From Azolla caroliniana (lineage: Eukaryota; Plantae; Polypodiophyta): a stretch of 64,000 nucleotides of DNA. The first letter of the stretch is position 1. Each line of letters starts with the position of its first letter. A program made the translations under genes and the position numbers. Shown here piece by piece: positions 23,416-35,188 of the stretch. The DNA is taken from positions 21,886,001 through 21,950,000 of the forward strand of contig JBHGNT010000006.1 in assembly GCA_043228905.1 (NCBI GenBank), written 5' to 3'. A model generated the notes under the pieces. It was not told the DNA's origin, did no database searches, and saw nothing but the letters and a program-made list of their open reading frames with translations.

Positions 23416-25214
23416 ATACCATACGTGAGGACTTGAAGACAGATGTTTTCGCTCAAGCCATTCTAGCACAAATTGATCCCTCTCGAGCATCTTGTTCACA
23501 GTTGCAACAACCAGGTACGGACTATCGACAATTCGAATGTCATGATGGATTACTATTCTTTAAGAAACTCTTGTATGTTCCTAAGTAGTCCAAAACTATC
23601 ATGACACATATACAGTTGGGCCTTTTCGTAGTACTAAAACACTAGATTTAGTACAACGATCATTCTGGTGGCCCCATATGTGACAATTTGTCGAAGATTT
23701 TGTTCGGACTTGTGATACATGTTACAGAGCAAAAATGCCAAGGCATCATCCATATGGTTTATTAGAACCATTACCAATTCCAAGCAAGCCATGGCAATCC
23801 ATTACCCTAGATTTCATCACAGATCTTCCGGTCTCTAAGGGATTCGATGCGATCTTAACAGTAGTAGATCAATATACGAAAATGGCCCATTTCCTGCCAT
23901 GTACTAAGGAAATCTCCAGTGAAGAAACCGCTTAAATTGTCATGCGTGAAGTATGTCGGCATCATGGCCTTCCCGATAGTATCATTAGCAACCGTGGACC
24001 CCAGTTCGTCTCGAAGTTCTGGAAGCAGCTCTTTAAAATGCTTAAGATCACTTGTAACCTCTCCTCTGACTACCACCCGCAAACAGACGGCCAAGCAGAA
24101 CGAACAAATCAAATGCTGGAGCAGTATCTTCGGTGCTTTTTAAGCTATCATCAAGATGATTGGGCGGATATTCTCCACTTCGCCGAATTTGGGTATAATA
24201 ACTCTGTCCACTCATCGATAAAGCTGACACCATTTTATGCTTATACGGGCTGTCACCCCCGGTGGTGTGTATTTGAAACCCCAGAGTTACCTACAAATCT
24301 TTGTGCAGAGGATCGTTTGGATCAGCTACGTAAAATATAAGCGGATTTATCTACTCATCCACAGCAAGCTCAACAAACACACAAGGTTTACGCAGATCGT
24401 CATCGGCTTCCATCCAGTTTTGACATTGGAGATCAGGTGTGGCTTACTACGACGACACATCAAGACTAATTAACAAGTACCTGAAGATCACATAATGGAG
24501 CTCACTTTTGAGCACTAGAGCATGTCCTCATGACTCTTCAATGGTCTTCACGCACTTCTAGTTCATATCAATGGCCCATATGTGACTCTAGTCCTTTTAC
24601 AACCTTTCTCCTATACTTCAGTAAATGTTATCAAGGAAATTTTCAAATATACCCTAGTAACCCTCACAGCTTGATTAGTGCCATAGCTCACTCCACTAGA
24701 TTTTAGTTGAAGGTATTATTCACATATGATCAATGTACCCCATCCTTGTAGTGATATTTTAGAAATTATGTATTACTATTAAACTATTATGTAGTCCACT
24801 AGTCCACATTTTTTACACTATCGTGCTACGGTAGCTCATTGACGTTTAAACCACTTGCCCAATAGTCAATCAAAAGTTAGAGTTCATGGCAAAAGTTAGT
24901 ATTCAATTTACATGAAAAAGTATACTCCATACATGATGATTGTCCAACTTCAACAATATTCTTATCAATGACATCATAACTTTGGTATTTTAAGAAATAT
25001 TGATAATATAGTTCACTGAAAAACTAGGCCTATATTGACATGCAATTTATCATTGTATTTATACTCTAATACAATGTATAGTCCTAAATGCAACCCAAAC
25101 GATGTATTTAACAATAAGCCTCAAATAATAAGTAATCTAGGACCAATATTTTTCAAACTACCAGTGGTGCTATAGTATTTTTCAGCTGGACAAGTTTTGT
25201 CAAGTAGACTAAGA

Positions 25215-25476
25215 ATAACCTAAAATACTAGTGATTGATACTGTGTAAATTCATAATTGATCAACTTTGTGTTTGTTTCAAGGGTCCCAAAAGAAAAAGT
25301 CTTTGATAAATTGGAAGAGCTTGATCCTTTACAAAACGTTGTGAGATAACCTAAAATACTAGTGATTGATACTGTGTAAATTCATAATTGATCAACTTTG
25401 TGTTTGTTTCAAGGGTCCCAAAAGAAAAAGTCTTTGATAAATTGGAAGAGCTTGATCCTTTACAAAACGTTGTGAG
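25215..25476. repeat. Perfect 131-bp tandem duplication
   Basis: ATAACCTAAAATACTAGTG...AAACGTTGTGAG starts at 25215 and 25346. Confidence 0.93.
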
Positions 25477-25915
25477 AACAAATATGATGAAATCAAGAAA
25501 AGGACACTAACAACTAGTATTCATAGGATATACTGTAATGGGACACTCAAAACAACTAGATACATTTGCCTTTTGCTTTTAACATCGGATACACGCTCAA
25601 GTTTTTCCATGTTCCCTTGCGTTTAGCCTCGAAAGGTTTCCAAGTTAAGTTTTGCCACTAGACACCAGGATTGTCAGCTTTGAAGACACTATTGGTGATT
25701 TACTTTTCATTTCATATTCCTGAGTGCATAGATGTGCAAGTCATAAATGAATGCATGCCACTGCCATAACATCATGTCATTTAAAATAACACCTACTTGC
25801 ACATGAAAGAATATACATCAAAAATATGTCATCTAGCCACTCAGGTTAATCTCTCATATTTCCTACTACCTATGTATTGCTATATATGGAAACATGCATT
25901 TATTTAATGTTTGCT

Positions 25916-26047
25916 CAGTATAAATAATCATTCAATTGTTCTGTCACGGTAATTAAAATTGTCCACAAAACCATGAATCCCAGTATAAATAATCATTCAA
26001 CTGTTGTGTCAACGTAATTAAAATTGTCCACACAAAACCATGAATCC
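25916..26047. repeat. About 65-bp imperfect tandem duplication downstream of CPN60B
   Basis: CAGTATAAATAATCATTCAA...AAAACCATGAATCC at 25916 and 25981. Confidence 0.85.
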
Positions 26048-26381
26048 ATCTTATGTGGAAATATACAATAAATTGAAATTTAGTCCTTTTATTCACGAGT
26101 AAGCACATATTTACAGATTTTTTTACTGCCCTTTTGCATTACCAGCAACAATGTGTGAACTATATATATAATGCAAAGAATTATACATTGATTTGCCTTC
26201 ATAACCTCAAGTAACAATTGGGATATTAGATGGAATATATTTTTGTTTATCCAGATAACCCTTCTCCTCCACTTCAACTTTTACAGCTCACAGAATAAAT
26301 TTCCGCAACTAGAACATTCTCTACAAAACTCGTTTTAGTCGGTCATAAATAATGTTGTTACCTATCCTGACATGTAAACTT

Positions 26382-29300
26382 TTAGTAGCCATATCCTGCA
26401 AAAATAGTTTCATGTTAAACATGAGGTGCCTATTGTATCATATGCAGAAGACACCACACTAAAAACAAGTATGGATATATACATCAATATAGATCTATCA
26501 TGCCACGTTCAGTATTTATAAAATTGTGTATATATGAGTTCATAGAAATATGTATGTGTAAATATAATGCACAAAGAACTGCATTCAAAGATCTGGGTGT
26601 ATGTCATATATATGCAAGTAGATAAGGATATATATATATCATACAAGTAAATCGCATACAGTCCTTAATCATCAAATTAAGGATATATATCATCATGAAA
26701 GTTCCCAGTAGAATATTCATATATCATGCGTAAAGCACCCTATCCAACATATGCATATGCCATCATACACAAGTACTATTGTAAGCATCTAGATGTACAT
26801 CAAACATCTGTCCTATTCTTGCTTAACATATACATGTAATCATTCATGTCAGATTTACCTGAATTATCCATTGGGTTACCAGCTGGCACACTGGGTTCAG
26901 GTTCTTTGATTTCCACCACCACCACATCTGACGTTAGGAATGTCTTTGCCACAGAGGCGGCATGCTCTAAGCAGCACCTAACTACCTGAAGCACGAAAAC
27001 ATCAGTTAAAATGGAATCCTTGAAAATCAGTACAGCCCATTTCTATATACTCACAAATATGCACCATATAATTTCCCATTTGAGGAATCTCTCTTGCACA
27101 AACCAATTTTAACTCTAGCATTATCACATAAGATCATTTCAAATTCAGAAAACACACTAAAATTGCTCCACAGTTGCTGCAGCGGAATTAACATATTGAC
27201 GGAACGTCCCTTCAAGATATGATCACCGTGATTAAGACAAAGATTATTATACGAATCCCAACTAGACATACATCCCTAATAAAAGGTTGACTTTGAATTC
27301 CCTCAAAATATATATAGCACAATATACATGAACTCTGTTTCACAATAACCAATTAAATAATTACATTCATTTATATATTTTTTGAAGCCCAAGAATTTTA
27401 AATGCACAACAATACGAAAACTACTTGTTTGTGTAGTAGTGTCTGTAAGTTCCACACATTTCATTAGACAAATGCATACAAGATCAACCAAGAGACACAA
27501 GGTACAAAGATTTCTAAGTATGGTAAAAGAACTAATGAAAACAAGCAAGCCATGAAATGCGGAACTTCTGAACTGCCCAGATCAACAAGCACAAGATCAA
27601 CTTGATCATGCATAGCTTGGACATAAGCTAAGGCAGCCAGACTGAAATAATCAGTCTGCAGAAGCATTGGTGATTATAGAATAAAAATACATGTAATACT
27701 TATGTTTTAAGAGATCTTATTTGCTACCTTTGTAGGATCAATTATCCCAGCAGCCATAAGGTCTTCATAAGCCCCCGTAGCTGCATTATAGCCATACTTT
27801 AAATTGTCATTAGACAGAACTCTCTCAACCACTACACTGCCATTGACACCTGCATTCTTTGCAATTAGCTTTAATGGGTAGCTTAGGGCTCTCTTCACAA
27901 TATCAGCTCCAACCTACATCACATTACACAATTGTTCTAAACTGAAATCTGTGTAACAAGGAATCTTAGAAATTCCAACGACTTTTAATGTGCATACATT
28001 TATGCAAGTATTTGAATGAGCAAACATTTCCATATCAACTTAAGCAATCAGTTCTATTCAGATTCAAAGAGAAACACAACAGCATATAAATCGTGTGCAC
28101 AATTCACAATTTGTATTTACCTATATGAATACAATACACTTTGCTTCTAAAAGAAAGAAAACAATAAGCTACCATAGTTCAGACCTGCTGCTCATAGTTA
28201 TCAAGCGTTTCTTTAATTGCATCAACCTTTGAAGCTAATCTCAGCAATGCAGATCCTCCACCAACAACTATACCCTCTTCAACAGCAGCCTGTATATCAG
28301 GTATTAAATTCTCTTTGTTATTACATGATCATTCAGCTGGAAAAAAAATACTTAAAAACAAGATAAAGTCAGTTCACATTGCAAATGGCTAGACAGATTA
28401 CGCAAAACAAACCTTAGTGGCATTTAAGGCATCCTCAACTCTTAACTTCTTCTCTTTCAACTCTGTCTCAGTTTGAGCACCAACCTGTTACAACAGCCAT
28501 ACTATCTTATCAAATTAATTATAATATACATTTTGCTATATATCAATAAAGCTCAAACAAAAATATAACAATATATGGTCACATGAGAAACTGATGCAGA
28601 TATACAACTGTAAATCATAATTTATTATACACGCACGAAAATTATCATTTAAGACTAGGCCTCCATTTCAATCACCTGGAGTATTGCGACTCCTCCTGAC
28701 AGTTTAGCAATCCTTTCATTCAGCTTTTCCCGTTCATAATCTTGCTCTGCAATCTTCATTGTCCAAACACAACAATAAAAATAGAGAACAAAACCATGAC
28801 AAGCCCCTAACAGATCTGCATTTCAAAAAGCCAGCAATCATAACACTTGATTATACCTCTATCAAGCTCTTTATCTGAGCTACCCGTTTAGTGACTTCAT
28901 CTTGCGTACTGCCATCCCCAACTATTGTAGTTGTATCTTTGGTTAGCACAACCTTAGCAGCGGTACCCAACACTTCCCTACCAACTTTATCCAAAGAGAG
29001 ACCAATCTCATCCCTAATAACAGTACCTGAAAAGAAGCAAAATCCAATCAATGTATCTAAGGTATATAAAGAAAACCATATTGATGCAACTACAGTTTCC
29101 ATCTGCAGTTTCTTTATTTGCCTGCAGCTCCAGCTCAACCATGCTCAGGAGGTTGTTGACAAAAGACATAAAGAGAAATTCTCCATAAATAAGAACTAAG
29201 GATATTTTGGAGTTGGCACTTATTTATATAATAAACCAATCCTGATGGTTGACATTATCTAGTTAGCAAGAGTGGAGAGAAAAGTATTTGCAACCCCTGC

Positions 29301-32300
29301 ATAATATCTTACCTCCAGTTAAAATCGCAATGTCATCCAGGTATTGACTTTTCCTTTCACCAAATCCAGGAGCTTTCAAAGCTGCAATTTTCAGGCTACC
29401 CCTCAATTTGTTCACAACGAGGGTAGCAAGAGCTTCCTGCTCAATATCTTCAGCAATAATTAATAGGGGATAGCCTCCCTTAATAGCATCCTCTAGAATT
29501 CCAATGATATCTCTGGCTGTGGTAATCTTCTTATCAACAAGAAGAAGCTGCAGAAGGAAATTTTTTGGGATCTGTTAGATATCATTATAATCTAAAGTAC
29601 AGTACACATTATTAATTATCTAGCTGGTAGTCTTTTATCAATGGATAAGAGAAAACCAATAACAAATAATTAATGACTAGCCAAGTCAATGATTTGTTGA
29701 GATAAGCAAAACAAACTTGAGTATTGTGAAAAAACAGGATACAAAAAACGACAGTATATAGATTCTACCAGTATTTCACTCAAAGTATACATTAGCTAGA
29801 CCATCAAAACCTCTACATACGATGAGAGAAAGCCAGCAGAGTAAACTAGACATGAAACTATCTATTGATTACTGACCTTACAATTGGCATACTCAATTAT
29901 CATCTTCTCAGTGTCTGTCACAAAATAGGGTGAAATGTAACCTCGATCAAATTGCATGCCTTCAACCACAACAAGGTTATTCTCTGCACTCCTCCCTTCT
30001 TCAAGAGTCACAACTCCCTTTCGCCCAACTTTGCTCATAGCTTCAGCAATCATATTGCCCACTTCATAATTGTTACCGGCACTGACAGCAGCCACATCTG
30101 CCAGCTCACTGTCTTCAACCTAAAAGACAATAATGCCACACATTTCATTTCCTGAGCTCCAACAGTAAAACGTTAAGTGTCGGTTTCAAAGGGATCTAGA
30201 GAAATGAAATTTTTGACTTGAATAAAAGTTTAAATCATATATCCAAAAATATGAGCTCTGACTTTCAAACAAGCTTACATCTTTTGAGATTCTTTTCAAC
30301 TCCTCCACAAGAGCCTTCACAGTCTTCTCAATACCCCTAGTAATCTGAATAGGATTTGCTCCTGCAGCAACCACCTGTAAAGACAACGGTTCATCCAAAT
30401 ACCTTTTAAGTTGCTCGAAAAATTTACTCTTAGCAGAAATATTATTCTTTCGCTACAACAATTAGATCCTCAAAATATCTTTTTCAATCAGGAATATAAT
30501 AGATCCTACTATCAACACCAAGTCATCACACATAACCCTCACACAGGAATACTACAAACATAAAATACTGTTCTAATTCAATTACCAGAAAAAATCAGAC
30601 TCTCAGAAATGGCTCCAATTACAGAGCTACATAAGGAATTACATACTAAAGTAAGTCCACATTAGATACTTCCACAGGGAATATCTTCAATTCATTACAA
30701 ACCCGAGGCAGTCCCGAAAACTTATAAGAGATTAGTACTTCCAATTCTCCTGCAATTAAGGAATCACCCAGGAACTGACCCGAACATTAGACTCAAATTT
30801 TCTGGTAATTTATTACCTTCACTCCTTCTGCAATAAGCCCTTGAGCTAGTACAACTGAAGTTGTTGTACCATCACCAGCAAGATCATTAGTTTTCGCTGC
30901 AGCTTGTCTTACTAACTTTGCTCCAATATTCTCCACAGGATCTTCCAGCTCAACCTAATGGATGAAAATGAAAGAAATTTCTCAAAATCTAGAGTGAAGA
31001 AAAGAATGTACAATAAACCTAGCATGAATCATGAGCTACAAAACAAAACGAATAAATTAGAATAACAGCATGACAATAGCTTTGAACGCCATGTTTCCTT
31101 GAAAAAAGCTTTAACTCGCAATAGCAGATAAGGGCACAAAATCAGGCATACATATATTTTCAACTGGACAGATTCTTTTTTAGTTTCAAAATGTATGATG
31201 ATTGAAAGGGAGAGGGATTCAAGATGTGTCATGTTTGAAAAGGACAATATTCTGAATTAGTAAACAAAACTAACCTAAACATCTTATTTAAAAGGAATCA
31301 GAGAGGTCTTTAGAAGCTGAAACACCACCTTTAACAATTAACATTTAGACAAAAGATGCGCATAGTGTACAACTAAGGATACAGCAAAATAAATGGCACA
31401 AAAAAGAAGAAATTCAGTACAATCGAAATAGCACAAATAATCAAGATTTGGCATTTTAAATTCAATGGAATCATCAACCATAATGGAAAAAGATGATCAT
31501 TTTACTGAGATCTTCAAAAAAGTGAAGAGAATTGACAAAACTAGGCCAGAGAAAGGAACCAACAATAAGCCGGAATAAGAAACGACAGGAGATGCTAAAC
31601 GTTTAACAATGTGAGGGAAAAACCAAACCTCTTTGGCAACCGTGACACCATCGTTAACAATCTTTGGAGCTCCATATTTGCTTTCCAGAACTACATTTCT
31701 CCCTTTTGGACCTAAAGTCACTCCAACAAGATCCGAAAGCTTGTTCACTCCAGCCTGTGCATCGAATCCAACAAATATACTTCATAATTTCAGAATCAAA
31801 CCTCGAAACGCCACAGGAAAGTGCAACCGTAGCATAGTAAAGTACATTACTTAATATTTTCAGACTGAATTTTGGAAAATATCAATCAAAGTTTTAAAAC
31901 GTATCTAGGAAACCCCTACTTTCTAGCCTGCCAATTCAGAATATAAAAAGAGAGTTGTGTGCTAGATCAAATTAACATAGAAAACCTCTCCATCTATAAC
32001 TCTCCCGGTTGAGATAAGCAAAAAAGAGGAAATAAGTTCCAAAAATCTCCGTTCTCTCCTTTTCCACATCAAAATAAAAGAACCGAAAGGCACTATCTTG
32101 ATTCATTGTATAAAGGACACCATTTGAAGTCCAAAAAAAGAACGGTTTGATTGAAATTCTTGGAAACGACTGTATCAAAGACTACGCAGCTAATTACCAC
32201 CATTACACTTAAAGTAACCATCAAGTGATGTTAAAAAAAACACTATATCTCGCCGTTTCATTCAAGGAGAAACTCTACAATTATCTAACCTACAATCAAC

Positions 32301-32572
32301 GAATCATCAAGGGATACAAAAAGAAAATTTTATCTCTCGCAATTTCATTCGGATTTCACGAGAGAAAAAGCGATGAAAACCTGCAATTTCTTCATAGTAG
32401 AACCATCATTGTTGAAATGGAGCTCTTTCGCCATCGATCGAGTGCGAATGGCAGAGGAACGTTGAAGTTGAGAAGAAGAAGATGGAAAGGACGAATGAGA
32501 TTTATTGGAAAGAAGAAGCTGGCGTTGAGGAAAAGAAGTAAGAGATGCAGAAGAGAAAGATAAGGACGCCAT
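26382..32572 (-). CDS. CPN60B: Chloroplast chaperonin 60 beta subunit (RuBisCO large subunit-binding protein beta), about 593 aa, 13 coding exons
   Basis: Exons 32572-32381, 31754-31629, 30954-30817, 30374-30279, 30119-29877, 29547-29313, 29026-28857, 28753-28676, 28484-28413, 28289-28185, 27913-27728, 26985-26859, 26395-26382. All introns are GT-AG and the frame is conserved (1782 nt). Ser-rich transit peptide, AKELHFN, GDGTTT and the beta-type C-terminus [11 protein letters not shown]. Confidence 0.97.
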
Positions 32573-32688
32573 GGCTGTCTTTGCGGCTCTGTGTTTGACC
32601 TTTGTATCGGAGCTTTGTCTGCGAGGGAGCAGAAAAAGAGAGACGAGGAAGTTGAATAGCAAGGAAGCAGAGTAGGAAGGAGAAGCAG

Positions 32689-32710
32689 AAACCCTAAACC
32701 CTAAACCCTA
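32689..32710. promoter_or_regulatory. Triple telo-box (AAACCCT)3 in the CPN60B 5' region
   Basis: AAACCCTAAACCCTAAACCCTA about 120 nt upstream of the ATG. Confidence 0.6.
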
Positions 32711-32785
32711 GAAAATGAGGAGGAGGAAGAGGAGGGGAGATAAAAGGCTGCAGCAATTCACGGAAAGAACAAACAAAAGAAAAAG

Positions 32786-32850
32786 GAAGGTTCTAGAAAC
32801 TTCTGGTAGAGAAGGAAGGGAAGGAGAAACGAACAAAGAAGTTTCTAGAA
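32786..32850. promoter_or_regulatory. Two perfect heat-shock elements upstream of CPN60B
   Basis: GAAggTTCtaGAAacTTC (32786-32803) and GAAgtTTCtaGAA (32838-32850). Confidence 0.75.
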
Positions 32851-35014
32851 AAACCCTTCTTCTTCTTCTTCTTCTTCTTCTTCTTCTTTGTTTTACGGGA
32901 CTTGTCTTTTGTCCTCCTCTTGAGTGTGAATGCACTGACCCACGAATCTCTTTGTGTTTTTGCTCGCTTTCTCGGCCTGCCAAAATCCCGATGCGGGTAC
33001 TCAATCGAAATCAACGCGGTCCGTGCAGAGAAAGGGGCCTTTGGATCGGAAAAAGCCAGACGCCGAGTTGCACCGGATCACCCGATTCATACATATGAGG
33101 ACCAGCTCGGAGGCGGACTTAGTGACGATTGACCACCGAAGAGCACTGGCTTCAAGAAGTGTCAACGCGTCTGGTCGTGGCCATAATCGGAAATCATACA
33201 CTCTCAGCATGAATGAGCAATCTGAGGCTTCGAAGAGATATATGACAAGGCCACAACACACACGATCACTCAATTGTCTATAAGATGGGTTGATAATGAT
33301 CATCATGAATGTAGTCATGGCTGAAGACATGACTTTGAGATGCCCAATTGTGGGTGGAGAAGCTAGAACAATAGCTAGCCAACAAGATTGTGCTTTGAAT
33401 AGCTCAACGCCACCAAACAATTGTGGAAGCAATTCTAGATCAATGTGTGGGATATGGAGACACACTCACAAGATGTTAGGGTTAGTGTTTTGTGTGAAAA
33501 GGGAATTGAAAACGACCAAGGCGACATTGTAGTTTCCCTCACCCCTCAGTGTTTGCCTATATCTAGGCAAGCTACTAAGGATATACTAGAATGATGTTCA
33601 AATCACCAAGGCCAACCATGAATTGGAGGCTGGTAAAGAGTATCGAGTGAAGACTATCAACAACAATCTTTCCTTCCCCCTCGGAGTAGATTATTGTGGT
33701 GTCCTTAGGTTGTCCAACTAAGACACGGTCCCAATCTGAATTGGGACTCACCAAGAGGCCCAATCCCAGTCCAATGGCTAGCCCAACAACTAGTTCCAAC
33801 GACCTTATTTGGCCTATTTAAGGAAGATCATTCCTCGTTTGGTAGCTATTCACCGATACACTCTCTCCACTTACCATTTTGGCATTGAGCATAACTAATC
33901 TCTCTCTCTCTCTCTCTCTTTGTTTTTTTATCGTAATTAGCTTACCCTAGTGGTAAGTTGTTAGATTATTAGCATTATGTCATGGATTTGAAACCCAAAC
34001 TCTCACCTCTCTATTACTTAATATATATCTCTTAATTTACTAGATGCCACTATGGAATGTAGGGGTTGAACCCATGACCTCATGGTCTCCATTGTGCGAA
34101 GTTAGAACCAAGTTGTCCTAACTTGGTCCCGATTCCTCTTGACTCCAAGATTTGGGTTTTGGTTTATCCCAATACAGGACAATTGTAAGCTTTTCTCTCT
34201 ATAATGATACATGAGCATGTAAATTTTTTTCCCCATAAAAACTATACTCCATTGGTATTTAAATTAACAATGCCAAAGGCAATCTACAAATTGTACATAA
34301 TAGTTTCCACTCCACAAGTAACTACCATAAAAAGGACCAACTATAAACGATGGCATTTGGCAAGATAAGGCTATTTATATCCATGAAAACTCTCTCAGCC
34401 TTTGCCAACAAGACCCATTCTCAACATATAAACAAAATCCTGCGGTCCAAGAGAATACATATCTTTACATATCTTGGTGGTAATCCTAGTCAACATACCC
34501 TGGCTAGTAGTCTAAAAACTCCATGTTTGCATTTGGTTCCGCATATACTGAAGTTGTTCACCACCACTTGGCTGTCCACTAGGTGATGCAATTTGACAAA
34601 TGTTTGGTACACAATAGTTGAAGACACAAAAGTAGTCCATGATGCACTTGATGCTTGGGGTAAAACGTGATGGGCTGCCTTGGATAGCCCCCATTTATCA
34701 TCTCCCATATCAAAACGACCATGTCCTTCATCTCCACGAAAATTGAAAATGTACTTGTAATTAATCTCCCTATAAAGCAAGATGAACCATGGTTTGTGTC
34801 CAAACTTGTGTCCCCAATCGTGTTTTCTTGTGGTTTTAAGGACCCCCACGAAATAGGGGTGTAACATCATCATGCATAATGATGCTCAAACCGCCAAGGT
34901 CACTCTTAAAACACAAGGCCAAATTGAGCTATGCGGAACTTCATTCAGATTATACATTGGTCTTAACATGGGTGGCACTCATTAGTATCTTTCTTCTTCT
35001 TCTACGTGTTTGTT

Positions 35015-35135
35015 TGTTTGTGTGTGTATGTGTATGCATGTATGTGTGTATGTATGTATGTATGTATGTATGTATGCATGCATACATGCATGGATGTATG
35101 CATGGATGTATGTATGGATGTGTGTATGTATGCAT
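35015..35135. repeat. (TATG)n/(TG)n microsatellite upstream of the MFP1-like gene
   Basis: Simple-sequence tract seen directly. Confidence 0.9.
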
Positions 35136-35188
35136 GTTCACATTGGCAAAGGAGAGTGAAGATTTCTAAGCTTCTCATACTATTATCT

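Larger units (their letters stand above)
13639..24470 (+). mobile_element. Tf1/Tf2-like (Tcn1-type chromovirus-like) Ty3/Gypsy element, interrupted by a Copia at 17386-23415 and 3'-truncated
   Basis: Gag from 14173 (EPKISLPMKFDGTRSQFRGFLNQ; CLYCGGPGHIAVNCP). Protease ALLDSGANSCF, RT (LPHHRPYDCPIDL, YLDDLVVY), RNase H (IEADASDFALG), integrase after 23421 (GLLEPLPIP..PW, DFITDLP, YHPQTDGQAER). Stops and frameshifts throughout. Confidence 0.93.

Noticed and set aside
34350-34873. Short ORFs between CPN60B and MFP1 that might be a transposase remnant
   Set aside because: No motif I can identify with confidence; would need an HMM search.
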